This document shows, in pieces, positions 47,835 to 60,508 of a stretch of 64,000 bases of DNA. The position numbers were made by a program, and so were the translations under genes. The notes below the pieces were generated by a model that saw only the letters and a list, made by a program, of their open reading frames with translations, was not told where the DNA came from and searched no databases. The number at the start of each line of letters is the position of its first letter. Within the stretch, counting starts at the first letter, position 1. Location: contig JBHGNT010000005.1 of assembly GCA_043228905.1 (NCBI GenBank), positions 2,046,001 through 2,110,000 on the forward strand, read 5' to 3'. This DNA is from Azolla caroliniana. Its lineage: Eukaryota; Plantae; Polypodiophyta.

Positions 47835-48060
47835 ATATGGAAAATCGGGACTCGATCCCAAGACCTAAGATTATTAGTGTAACAACTTACCATTAGGGTA
47901 AGGTAATTAAGAGGGAAGTGAGAAATTGGGCCTGAAACTCAATACCTAAGATTTTTAGGGTAACAACTTACCACTAGGGTAAGTAAGGTAATTAGAATTA
48001 AAATTAGGGTTCGAACAAAAGACTAATAGTTTAACAATCTACCATTAGGGCGAGGTAATT
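47835..48060 (-). repeat. Three tandem tRNA-like/SINE-like units
   Basis: Each unit on the minus strand has AATTACC...CCCTA(A/G)TGGTA (A-box-like), then a B-box-like word ~30-40 nt downstream (GGGATCGAGTCCC, GAGTTTCAGGCCC, TGTTCGAACCCT). Confidence 0.5.
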
Positions 48061-48149
48061 ATAAATAAAAGAATAAAAACATACAAAAATTTATTTATTT
48101 ATTCTATAGGGAGGGCCTCCATTACAAATATCTGATAGTTTACTCGGAA

Positions 48150-50211
48150 ATTATGTGTTAATAGGAGGAGCCAATGCAATCGACAGATGGGATGCTTCAT
48201 CACCCAAGGTGAAGGAAGAAGATTAGTCTCTCACCACGGAATGTGAAGAAGAATAACCTAGAAATCATTTGCAATTCTTTCTTCAAATCTTTCCCCCCAT
48301 TACATATATCCACAGGCATGTAATACATACATATTGGGTAACAAATTATGGCAAATCTCCAATTCTGCTTTCTGATGAAGAAAAGCTTTGGTTGCTGCTG
48401 CTATTATCTGCCCCCATCATCTGTTGAAGATTCTACAGCTGCCTCCATAGCTAAATCCAGGTGTTCTTATGTGCTCATCGATCATATAATGGGATAAAAT
48501 AGGACTGTATATCGCAGCAATAATCAGGTTTTGAAAGATTGTGAAAATGAATTTGACCCTTTTCTCAAGATCGGAGATTGTGCTCCGAATTCTCAGGAGC
48601 TCACAAAACTTTGAGAGAGTGTCAGAGGTTTTTGGTGCCTCTGCAGCAAGATTCAGCAAGCGAGAAACGAAATTATATGGAACCAAAGAATTTCCATGCT
48701 TGGTTATGTACACTGCAACGTTTCTAAACTGTATCCATGTCAGCTGATTCTGATAGTTGTGACCCTTGAATCAACAGATACCTTCATGATATAGCACCTC
48801 ATGCATTAGTTCCCGCTGCAGTTTCGTTGCATTAATGCCATCTACAAGGAGGCCACTGCCATCTCTATGTTGAGTGAACAGAAATGGTCTCAGGCAGGCA
48901 TGCCGGTGATGCTTGATGCTGCTAGTGCAACTGTGTATGCTGAATCTGAGGGGGTAACTTGTAAACACCAGATTTTATCATGAATTTAAGGCATTTCTGG
49001 TGTTCTAAAGAAGGAATCATTTTGATCTTTACAGGGAATTCAGGTAAGTTACATTACTGTTTCTTGAAAATTGAGTTTTACTCACCACCGCTTTTGTAAC
49101 TGTGTAGTTGTCCAAAAACAGCTATTTTCACATGTCCCTCAACAACAGAATATGGTTCTAAACTCTGGGAAAGATGAGAATGTTGATGAGGTAAGTAGTA
49201 GTATTGTTGATCTGAGCCATCAATGTTAAATTCCACCATCTGGAAGTGTTACTATCTTCTAGCAATTTAACTTATATCTGACTTTTTGTAAAACCCTGTT
49301 CTTTTCTTGCCTGTTTGCATTCCAACCAAGAGGATATACAAGATGTTTACTGTCTCATTTGGGCTAATTTTATGCCATTTCTGTACCTGTGCTTGACAAT
49401 CATATGGATGCAAGGGAAAGTTTTGACTTCCCGAACTTTACATGCAACCTGACTGCAAGAGCGTACAATTTAAGAGCATTTTGTTACAGTTTGTGTGTTT
49501 TGGGTATCACTGTGTGGCATAAAATATTCAAGTCATCTGTATAAGCTTGGGGCCACAAAATCCCCTCTCATCTGTCTTTCTTAAGCCATGTAACCGACCA
49601 GAGTTCACAAGATTATCCATATATAATAATGCTGGATGGTATCACATGCTAGGGTAATGCAGTGATGGGGCAAACTTGCCTTACGAGCTATACAATGCCC
49701 ATGAATCGATGATTTTTCAATCCAAGATACATGCATCAGATCTATTTTCATACACTAAACATTTGACAGTTTAGGTCCAAATTCCATCTTGTTTCCACGA
49801 TCAAATTGGATGGCACCAAATGCTTTAATTGATTTGTGCATATTGCATAAGTCACCAGTTGACACCAGGGTCGGAATCACCTTTATTCTTCCTTCAGGGC
49901 ACGAATGCTGTGGACCAAACTGATAGTGCAACTACATACTATTGCGTCTTAGAGTTAGCAATGGAACCTACCTATCCTTTGATATCAGTGGTGGGATTTA
50001 ATATACATGATGAGATGCATTCTCTTGCCAAATTATTTAAAGTTGGACGGCGCGGTTAAACTGATGATGACTTTGATCCAGATGATAGTGTAGAGTCTGA
50101 TGAAGATGCAGATGGCTCGGCTGAAGGAGATGCTTTAGAGGTAGAAGCTTTGGATGAAGATGAAAATTTTAGTGATCTTAAGGCTAGAAATGACGACACA
50201 TTCACATTATA
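48150..50211 (+). pseudogene. Unidentified degraded spliced gene with an acidic C-terminus
   Basis: Coding-like stretches with stops (EATAISMLSEQKWSQAGMPVMLDAA; FYHEFKAFLVF*RRNHFDLYREF), donors CAG|GTAAG ~49042 and GAG|GTAAG ~49190, acceptor TTCAG| ~49897, and a final exon ending DDDFDPDDSVESDEDADG...DDTFTL*. Confidence 0.4.
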
Positions 50212-50528
50212 GAAGAAAAAAAGGAAGAGGATGTAATTGTGGTAGAAGGAACCCATCTCCAAATTAATCACAACAGATGATTCTGATCATAAAACAAGGA
50301 TGCCATATATATATGTATATACCACTGGTGACAAGGGATCTCTAGATGGATGACCAGGAAGATGTGTACCTGTTTGCTAGAGCTTTTTTGAAGCTGTGGG
50401 CTGGACAAATTTCATTGATATTCTACTGGTTTTTAATGATTCTACTTCAGGACACCTTGTAAATTTATCCCCATGGGGTAGCCGGTAAATAATGGTAGAT
50501 TGGGCAATGAAGCGAGTTGCTAATAATC

Positions 50529-50672
50529 AGTGGGAATATGGCTGTCACACTTGGTCCAAAGAGATGTCGTCGATACAGGTACAATGGTATGGTAATATAC
50601 AGTGGGAATATGGCTGCCACATGCATAGTCCAAAGAGATATTGTTGATACACATGCTATGCTATGGTAATAT
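50529..50672. repeat. Imperfect tandem duplication, ~2 x 71 bp
   Basis: CAGTGGGAATATGGCTG...GTCCAAAGAGAT...TATGGTAATA occurs twice. Confidence 0.75.
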
Positions 50673-51049
50673 TGTGAGGTACAGGCTCAGAGTGGGCTGT
50701 CTAATATTAGATGAAGTTAAAATCTAAGCTTGTAGTTGTGTATTCCAAATTCCTGTGAATGAAGGAAAATCATTCATATGTAAACTGATTCTGCAGTAAA
50801 TAGTATATGGAAGTCCAGGCCAGGGTATTCTGTCAAGCTAGTTGATGGGATTCTTGGATGGGCATATATTCATCACTCACTGTATAACTCTTTGCTCTCC
50901 CCTCTTTCTTCTTTGTATGGGAAGGATGGAGCTTTTCTGGTCTGAGTATTTTGTTAAATATTTTTCCAATGGAAAATCTTTGTCCCTAATCCATGTCACG
51001 TTGATTAAAATCAAAGGAAACACACGTCATGCTAGCATCGGCGCAAAGA

Positions 51050-51202
51050 TTATATCAATTTAACATGTTGGTTAGCTTGTTTTCAACGAAAATGTTCAAG
51101 ATTACATCAATTTACATGTTGGTTAGCTTGTTTTCAATGAAAAATGTTCAAGGTTATACATCAAATTACATGTTGGTTAGCTTGTTTTCAACGAAAATGT
51201 TC
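51050..51202. repeat. Tandem repeat, 3 x ~55 bp
   Basis: ACATGTTGGTTAGCTTGTTTTCAA(C/T)GAAAA(A)TGTTC occurs three times. Confidence 0.85.
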
Positions 51203-52185
51203 GGAAGCATATTCGCTCATTTGGGTTCACTTGATTTTATTTTATTTCCCTCTATGAATGTCATATGCAGTGCTTTTTTTATCCATGATTCATTTTTGTA
51301 GACTTGGACTATATGGTGTAGTGCTAGAGTTGAGGAGGAAGCTAGAATTAATAGGTATACTTAGTGGTGTCTGTGACCCATTTGTCTCGTGTTGCAGTGT
51401 GACGTGACTTTCTGCTAAAATAATGCACATAAGGTTTGTGCATGGCCATTACATGCATCAAGTCAACCTAACCCTCAAGTTTGGCTATACCTTCCCCCAA
51501 TACCCATTTTTGACCAGATCCTTGTCATAAAGAAACATTGTTACAAGGAAATGAGACAATGTTTGTAGGCCTATCATGAATTATTACAAGGCTTCACACA
51601 TTTGTAGCTATTCCTTAAGAAAAAGGAGGCAAAGAGTTATCAAAAAGTCGGGATGCATATCAATTTTGAGGTTTCAAAGAAGTATTTCTAGCGGATTTAT
51701 GTATATGGCTAGGGAAGGCAAGAAGTATATGAAATGAATTTGTAAGCATTTAATACGAACCAGCAAATTGGATGTGGATTCAAGTATTGAAAGTGATTCA
51801 ATACATGGGTGGGACTACCATAATATTACAAAATTTGGCCATCCACACTTGAGATATGAAGGTTAAGGAGGCCTCGATGAGTTATTGAGGCATGTAAAAA
51901 TGATATATGACCATGGATCAAAAGTTTCAAGCAATAACAACCCGCCATAGAAGCATGTATGTGTATAGAAGTATGGAGAGGTGGTGCTAGTTGTAGATGG
52001 AAAATATCATTTGCTTTTTTTATCATGTGCCTCATGCTTGCACACACATGCATTATACGAATGTTAATGCATTCCCGTCTTCTTCTCAACCTTTTTGGAT
52101 AAAAGTAGTGGAGATTAGAGAGATCGATTTCCCCATCTTTCGTATATGCGGTTATACCATGGTGTTATAAAAATCTTGTGAACTA

Positions 52186-54301
52186 CTACGAAGCCTTGGG
52201 GGCAGATTGGTAGATCTTGTTGATATCCATGGCTATCTTTTGTGCATCCATGGATGTCCCTACCAGCCCTTTCCTACCAAAGCCAGCTGAATAGAGCCCA
52301 TTCTTGCCCTTCCAATTACATTGCAAGTTAGGATGAGGTAACCCATCCTTTGAAAACAACTCATTATCCTATGAAACAAAAACCACAAAGACATGCCCAC
52401 ATCAATTAGTCAAATCCCATACTCTTTGTGTGACAAATGAATGCTAAAAATAATAGTAACATTTGGGTGTTCTTATTGATTTATGAACCCAAAAAAGATG
52501 TAACAAGTATGTACCTTGAGCCATGAAGGCACGTTGCTTTTAAAGCCGGTAGCAAAGATAACTGCATCAATGTCTTCATAGCAAGAATCATTGAATGTGC
52601 ATCCATTGGAGCTAAACTCTTGAATACCACATAAGACCTATTTATATTGCATACACCAGAATGAAGGACATCAGTAAATAGAGTCTTTAATATAGATCCA
52701 AGACCACACACATACACATACATCTTCTTTAAGGATGGACTCATTAAATTGTATATGTACACACATACACACACACACACACACATCGAATTTAGTAAAG
52801 ATGTTACATAGTAGAAGTAATCTACTTAAGGGAACCGAGAAGAACAAAAAAACTCCATGGGGACATTTGCAAAGATATCGAAAAGCTCAAGGAGGCATTG
52901 GCCGAGGGTATTTTCGGGGAAATATGCATAACTTTATAGGGGCCCTTATTTTCCAGAGTATTAGCCGTATTACTAACAACAAGTAGTTATGAGAAGACAA
53001 AAAGAGCTTTTGATCGATGTAAAGATTCACCTTGATGTGGCCCTGCCTAATCTTGGAAAGGGTCCCGGCGTCCAATGAGGGCGTCTTCCCGGTCGTGCTC
53101 TTGATTTCCATTGGTCCGAGCTGGGGCCTTGGGAATCCAAGCTTTGTCGTCTCGCCGATGAGCACTCGAGACATGCCTAAGAGGAGCCGGTCGGTCCACC
53201 GCAAGGAGAAGAACTTGAGGAGTGTCATGGCCACGGAGAACGTCGAGAAACCAAGCATCACCCTAGGGAGAATATGTACCTGATGAATGGGCCAGGTTAT
53301 ATATATATATAAAAGATCAGGTATTGAAATTTGATAGCACATGACTACAAGAGAAGTCTAGCACATTGCATAGAGCCTTGTTCAATAAGAGGTGTAAGTT
53401 ATGTGTGTTGCCCACATACATACATACATATATATTACACACACTACAATGTCCACATATATACATACATACTAACATACATACACAACAATTACTTACA
53501 CATTGATCTAAATGTGCCAACAATTCATGATAGAAAGTAGTAGGCTCTATGAAACAATGAATCCATGGGGGTGTAAATCACTGTGGTTTTTCATAAGATT
53601 GTGTTGGATTTTGTACCTGGCTCCTCACCGATAGGAACACTTGGGCTTGGTGGTTGGCAAGGTCGAGTGCGACCTCGAGGCCCGAGTTCCCGCTGCCAAC
53701 CACGAGGACTCGCTTGCCTTGGAACTCCTCCCCGCTCTTGAACTCGCTCGAGTGGCACACTTTCCCTAGGAAGGAGCCCAATCCCGGGATGTTGCTAGGC
53801 CAAACAGGCAGCGAATTCTCGCCCGTGGCGGCCACGAGCCACCGGCCCACAAATGTCCTTCGGCTCCTCTGCCAATGTCCATGGCCATGGCCATGGATGG
53901 TCTCGACCCGCCAGAGCGCAGAATTGGGGTTGTAGCCTGCGCTGATGACCGTCTCATTGAAGTGCGGCTCGATGCCGAAGGTCTTGGCATAAGTCTCGAG
54001 GTACTCCAGGAATTGCTGCCTCGTCGGGAACGTAGGGAACTCGGCCGGGAACTTGAGATGGGGTAGCTCGCAGAATTGCTTGGCAATGTGGAGCCGTAAT
54101 CTGTCGTAGCTTTTGTATCTCCACAGGGAACCGATGCAATCTTCTCTCTCCAGGATCAGGCTTGGGATGCCCTGCCTCTTCAAGCAAGCAGCTGTGGCAA
54201 GGCCAGCTGGGCCAGCCCCTATTATGATGACCCCTCCTTCAGCCCAGGTCACCTCATGGTCATCAAGATCATGGTCATTATGGTGATCATGGCCATGGAT
54301 A

Positions 54302-54342
<41 letters not shown>

Positions 54343-54672
54343 ATATCTCTTCTCGTTTCTTTTCATCAGACTACTGATGATATGGTCCTTCTCCTCATAC
54401 TTAATGGAGGCCCCATTGAAGAGATCCGAGAAGCTTGAATTGGAAGAAGAGGAAGAGGAGAGAGGGGAAGACGGTGAAAGAGGAGGTGAGGATGGGGAAG
54501 GAGATGAAAGAGGGGAAGAAGAAGATGAAGATGAAGAAGATGATGATGATGATGAAGATGAAGATGAAGATGAAGAAGAAGATGATGATGTAGATGGAGA
54601 GGAGGATGTAGGGGGTTCATGAGGGAACAGGGGAGGTCTCATGATGAGGTTTGGCTCACTCATCTTACACAT
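52186..54672 (-). CDS. YUC: YUCCA flavin-containing monooxygenase (indole-3-pyruvate monooxygenase family), ~536 aa; exons 54672-53617, 53279-53031, 52637-52515, 52368-52186
   Basis: FAD motif IIGAGPAGLA, SLWRYKSYDRLRLH...FCELP, WLVAATGEN, FMO motif FLGKVCHSSEFK, NADPH motif VVGSGNSG, VHILPR, TGKTPSLDAG, FATGFKSNVPSWLK, GLYSAGFGRKGL. Three phase-0 GT-AG introns at positions typical of YUCCA genes. The start could instead be ATG 54663. Confidence 0.93.
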
Positions 54673-54699
54673 GATGATATAATGAGGAGAAGAATGATG

Positions 54700-54791
54700 A
54701 TTGATTGCCTTGATTAGCTTGATTGCTTTGATTGATTGATTGATTGATTGGTTCTTCTTCTTAAAATAATGTTGATGATGATGATGAAAAG

Positions 54792-54822
<31 letters not shown>

Positions 54823-55435
54823 GTGTTTAGTTAAGAGATTAGATGTTGATGAAGGAGAAGGAGAAGGAGAAGGTGAGAGTGAAGTGAGGAGTAGTAAGTA
54901 AAAGGAGAGAAGCCTCTTATAGGAAGGGAGGGGAGGGAGATGGTGTGGCTCTATGTGTCTGTTATACATACATACATACATACATACATACATACATACA
55001 TACATACATGATACATATATTATATCAATATGTATATATGTATGTTATGTTTGAGGGGCATCTTGTAATGGCGGCTGATTGAGGACAGGAAGGAAACAAA
55101 TGGAAGGAGAAGCTTCTTCTTTCTGCTTTTGATTATGATGAGGTGATGATGCTAAAAAAAGTATGTATTCGAGTAAAAGAAGTAAAAAATAAATAAAGAG
55201 AGAGAGAGAGAGGGGTTTTTTTTTTATGATGGTGCATGAGGATGATGCAGGAGGAGTAGTAATGATCATTCATCCATGCATGCCCATGAGATTGTGGTAC
55301 CAAAGAGAGAGAGAGAGAGCTAAGGATAGATGGTGGAAACTTAAGAAAATGGATGGATGGCAAATCCCCTGTACCTCCCATCTTCTAGATATTACAAAAC
55401 AAATCTAAGATTTTAATAAGAGAAAACATTGAGAT

Positions 55436-55494
<59 letters not shown>

Positions 55495-55580
55495 TTGTAC
55501 AAGGTGTAAGCAAAAAGGATGTGTATGTGCCTGTCTAAGGAAACAAACATGCTAGAGAGAGAGAGAGAGAGAGAGAAGAG
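54700..55580. repeat. Cluster of microsatellites in the YUCCA upstream/5' UTR region: (GATT)n, (GAT)n, (GAA)n, (TACA)n, (GT)n(GA)n
   Basis: Read directly from the sequence. Confidence 0.85.
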
Positions 55581-58500
55581 TGTCTTTAAAGTGGCTAGTC
55601 TGAACCTTATGACAAAAAAAACAAAACATACATAGTGTATATACCTTGTTTTCTAACTCAAGGTAAAATCAGAGCCCTATGACATACATCTTGATTTTCT
55701 TATTTCGCTCGAGCAGTCTCGACATATAGTGCCTCTCACATTGCTTCCCAATTAGGCCTCTTATTTGCTTGTAGAGGGCAAATAAGTCTCCCAGAATAGG
55801 TATGCACCATCTCCTTGACTTGAACAAGTCTCTCCAAGATAATCAATCCCTGTGGGTTGTCTTCTTTACCTCTCTTGTACTCTTATTGGGCTTAAGTGAG
55901 TCGTAGGGGCATGTGACATGGAAGGTGATGGCCCTACATTCTTCCAACGGATAATGAGTGCCCTATCTTTCAATTTGGCCAATCTTGCACCTTTAATATT
56001 TCATGAGATGTAGAAGACACTCACTTTTGTCCCTCCGAGTGCATGACATGGTGCAATACTCCAAATCCCTACTTGGAACAACATTGTTCTCTACCTCAAA
56101 TATTGTAATTTACATAGCATAGCCTACTATCAAATTTTGCTTTCTCTCCTCTATTAGTCTCTATTGTACGATGATGTAAGATGTGTATTTTCTCCAAGGG
56201 TACGTAGGTTACATGTAATATCTATGATAAGAGGATAATACCATCAAAGGAGAGTTCGAGGCAATGGCGATGGTAATGTGTCATCCCCCTACCACTGGCA
56301 GTTGGGGATTAACCCATGTCCTCCAGACATTCAACCTTAGTCTATCAGCTTTTATCACTTCATTTACTTCTTAGACCAACTTAGCCTTAAGTTGGAGGAT
56401 TCCAGTTTGAAGTCAAAAGGGGTCGGTTGGTTATGTGCATGCAACACAAGCATAACCAAGTACTCATTGGAGTATTACTAATATTGAGATGTACGTAAAA
56501 ACCTTTGAGGATGCATCCCGCATTAAGGGGACCCCCTATCATGTGCTTATTAGAGTACTTGTCCCTTTGCGACATGTTAACATTGGAACAATTTATCAAT
56601 GTGTTCAAATGGATTCCATTTTTAAATAGTTTGGCGAAAGCTTGATTCTTTTAAAGTAGGTGTGGAAACATTGTATACAAAGCGCTGATTTTTGAAGTAG
56701 GTAGAAACATTGTACTCAATGTCCTCCTTTTGCGTTAGTGTCAAGAGATTGTATGCAACATTTAACATTCCCGACATTGCATCTCTGGCATCAACCCATG
56801 ATTATCAAATACTAGACTATGGCTTAGTATCCTTCATCTATCCTTGAATGGTGGATGTTAGTGTTGGTCGTACAACTATGATACCAATGATCGAGCTCGC
56901 AACCTTCTACACCAAGACAAGAACCAAGGAGTGTCTAGGTTGGCGGATAATTCCAATTGTTCCAACTCTACTATAGGTTAGGTACAATTATCTTAACACA
57001 TTGCAAGTTGTGGTAATAGTTGATTTTAATCCCATGATGTAAGCCTACCATATTAAGTAAGTTGATGGAATAAAGATGACCATGACTCTAATCGAACTAG
57101 ATGGTATAAATAACTCAATGCAAGGTGTTGCCCTTTTTTAGTAGCCTTGTGTGTATTAATAAAAGTGCCCTTATGTTGCCGGTGGCTCGGAGTTCTTAGA
57201 CATGGTTAACAACCCACAAAAAATGTCATTATGTGTGTGAGCAAAAAGTAGTGGGAAAGAGAGTACATGTGAGAAGAAAAAGACGCGGTAGAGAGAGAGA
57301 GATGTTGTGAGGCAAAAGACTCGTTAGCGAGAGATAATGTGAAGCAAAAGGCTAGTTAGAGTATATGTATCTCTATGTGAGAACAAAAATGTTTAGCTAG
57401 AGATAGATAGTGAGAGGGACAGTGTGTGTGAGAAAAAAGACAAGTGAGTGAGAGCAAAAAGACACGTTAGAGAGAGAGAGAGAATGTGTGCGTATGTGAC
57501 GCGCTCAAAAGCAAAAAGACGTGTTAGATGTGAAAATTGATGATGAGATAAGGCTCATTATGAGATTTGGGATGTAACACCAGGGGCTGTTCTAAATAGC
57601 TCCGTTCCTTTTTCTTGTCTTGTGTGTCGTCCTAGCCAAGTTCATATGCTCACAATCATTGTTGCAATGATTTCTTACTCATTCATCTCCTATTGCTACA
57701 AAAGCTATGTAATAATAATAATAATAATAATAATAACCTTTTCTTGCCCCTATAATGCGGGACCATATTGCAATGAAGTTTGCCCGTCTTAAATGGATTT
57801 TTTGGCAATTGAGCTTAAAGTGATAGAATTCAAGGTATTAATGCTAGTTTTGTATCACATTGTATGGTATAGATTTGCACTAGTTATCGGGTAATACATT
57901 TTAATGGTCATTCCATGAAATAAATATGCGGCGATGTTTTGGAGAAACCCAAATTGTATGGTTTTGTATGAGGCCTTCATAGATGATTTTGTGTAGGAAG
58001 TCATGACTTTGTGGACAAAAAAATAGTTTGGGTTAAAAGGAAAAATAATTTGTTATCAAAATTTTCAACATTTTAGCATGGTCTATTTCCATATTGTATC
58101 ATGTCTTAGGCGTTAATTCATAATACGTCAATAGAATAACAGGTAGTGCATCACATTGGCCTACACTTGTAGTATTCTTATTTATGTTTGCGTAGTTAGT
58201 GGGGCTTGAGTATTGACACCATTAGGACTTGAATTCAGACACCTAATCATATATATGATACACCTTGCTACGAAATTGTACACCCCTGGCTAGTAATGAC
58301 TTTATCATATGCCTAAAGTGATAAAGCAATAAAGTGTGAAGGGAGGGATGTAGCCATTAGATTCAAAAAGGAGAGATGGAGATGTAGTTATATAATCATC
58401 CTTTGAGGAGCCAAATATGACTCATGGGACAAAGACACCAAAATGTAATTAAAGAAAAAAGTACTCACCTTCGAAATCATGGCCATGAGAGAGATAGACA

Positions 58501-60429
58501 TAGACATGTGTAGACAAAGATGGAATCCTAAATACGGTTTACAATTACAGATGCATGAGGTACATGGTCTGAAATTTGGTAAATCTCTGAAGGAGCTAGG
58601 CTTGAAGTCCCGTATTGCCTCATTCAAATGCTTAAGCATATTTTACTACGAAGTTTAAGTAAACTTTACAACCACATTGTGACGTGTTGATAAACCTAAT
58701 TAATGAAGCAAGAGAGTGTGAATGGCAGAAAGAAGATAAAATTGGACATCCATTGATCGACACATATATAGGTGTAGGTTCCCATTATAGAGCGGGAGAG
58801 AAAGAGTGGCAAATTTCTTTGTGGTTGGTTTGAAACTGAAAATCATATGCATGCAGTAGAATGTCCAATTTAAAAATATTATCAAATCATGTTGGAGGTT
58901 GGCCATCATTTTTCAAGACATATCATTGCCTAACATTTTATAGCTGAAGATTGATGCTCCCCTTGAAATTTAAGTTATAATATCTTATGTAGAACTATAT
59001 TTTTCATCGGACGCACAAAACAATTCATACCCTAACACAATGCAAGGTGAATTTGTGAACACCACGAATAACAATACTCTTCACAAATGTCGTAAGATTT
59101 ACATTATATAAATGAAAATTTAGGAATGCAATGGCCTCAAACTTACGTTTTTTTTATGTTGCATCTAGAAAACATATACTTTATGCTTATTTGTGTGTCT
59201 CTAACTTTCATGGACCCATATTAGAATCAATACAACTTTTTTTTTCTTTTGTGAACGTATTGTGACAATGAAGTATGTCCATGAGTAATACGAGACTTGT
59301 GGATATGCATGCATATGTCCCAGCTTTATATTGCCTTGATCATTGACCTTAAAAAGCACCTTTATGGCCATATTTGTAAGTGAATGATTTTGGCACAAAT
59401 TGACAAATGGGTTGGATTATTGAAAAAACTACACGGAAATGTATATCAATAGTCCCTTTGTGGTCGAATTTGAGGTTTTTTCCCTCCATTAAAGCATTTG
59501 AGATAGCTATCAACATGCGGGAAATGTGATAGATACATTGTGTCAATGGTCCAATACATGATAGAGGCCAAGAAAGTTGTACCCAAGGATATGTGTGCAT
59601 ACACGTGTGATGTGACTATATACATTCTTGTGTATATGGTGAAAGGGTTGAAATTTTGCTCGACATGACAAGATGCATATGCATGTTTATAAAGAGATAT
59701 ATCGCATTGGTATCTAATATGAGTAATAATAGAACAAGATTCAAGATGTATTAGCATCATGTCATTATCAAACGAAATGCATACACCAAAACCTTATTAA
59801 TGATTGCTAAAAGCATCTAAAAATTATAGTGTGGCTATCTTTATTCTATGATGGTAAAAATATGTGCATAGTTTAGCAAACTTTGATGAGATAACTCTTG
59901 TGGCAATATGTGATGTTTTAGTAACGATGGAGTGGTTAATGACCTCATGATATTTTTATCATTTGTATGAGCAACTAACTCCAGGAGGGGAGATAGAGCA
60001 AACACATACGATCAATCAATTAATGATATCCTCAAGGTATTTTAGGGTGTCTACACATATACCTAATATGTGTAGAAGCAACCACAAATGGAAGGATAAG
60101 TTCTCTTTCAAGCCATGGAAGTATAGAATTCACTACTAAAAATAGAATGGAAAATATATGCTTATAAAAGAAACTAGATGGGCGTGTAATGTTAATTACA
60201 AAAAAGAAAAAAGAGAACAAGCTAATGTGGACATGAAACCAAAGCAGTATACACATTATACCTTGTTTGTTTGTTCACAAATGAAAATCAATAAACACTA
60301 TGTAAAGATAAGAAGTGGAGAGAGAGGGAGAGAGAGAGGGAGAGAGAGAGAGAGACGAAATGTGAGGATTGGTAACCACTAAATAGTGAGGCATGTTGTG
60401 AATTAAAATCGTCTTTGATAAACATATGG

Positions 60430-60508
60430 AGATGGATGGATGGATGGATGGATAGATAGATAATAGATGGATCTAATTATTGTCCTCGGAGATCAAATAT
60501 GACCTATG
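60430..60508 (-). mobile_element. Very short 3' stub of the RTE/RTEX-like LINE family
   Basis: (GATG)n(GATA)n followed by TTATTGTCCTCGGAGATCAAATATGACCTATG, matching TTATCGTCTTCGGAGGTCAAATATGACCTATG at ~22783-22814. Confidence 0.65.

Noticed and set aside
54673-55005. N-terminal ~110 aa of the 475-aa ORF (MYVCMYVC...) as part of YUCCA
   Set aside because: It starts in a (TATG)n microsatellite and runs through (GAA)n/(GATT)n tracts; more likely 5' UTR that is open by chance.
55620-56960. Possible further LINE and SINE remnants upstream of YUCCA
   Set aside because: Weak A/B-box-like words and faint LINE-like text only; too degraded to support without a search.
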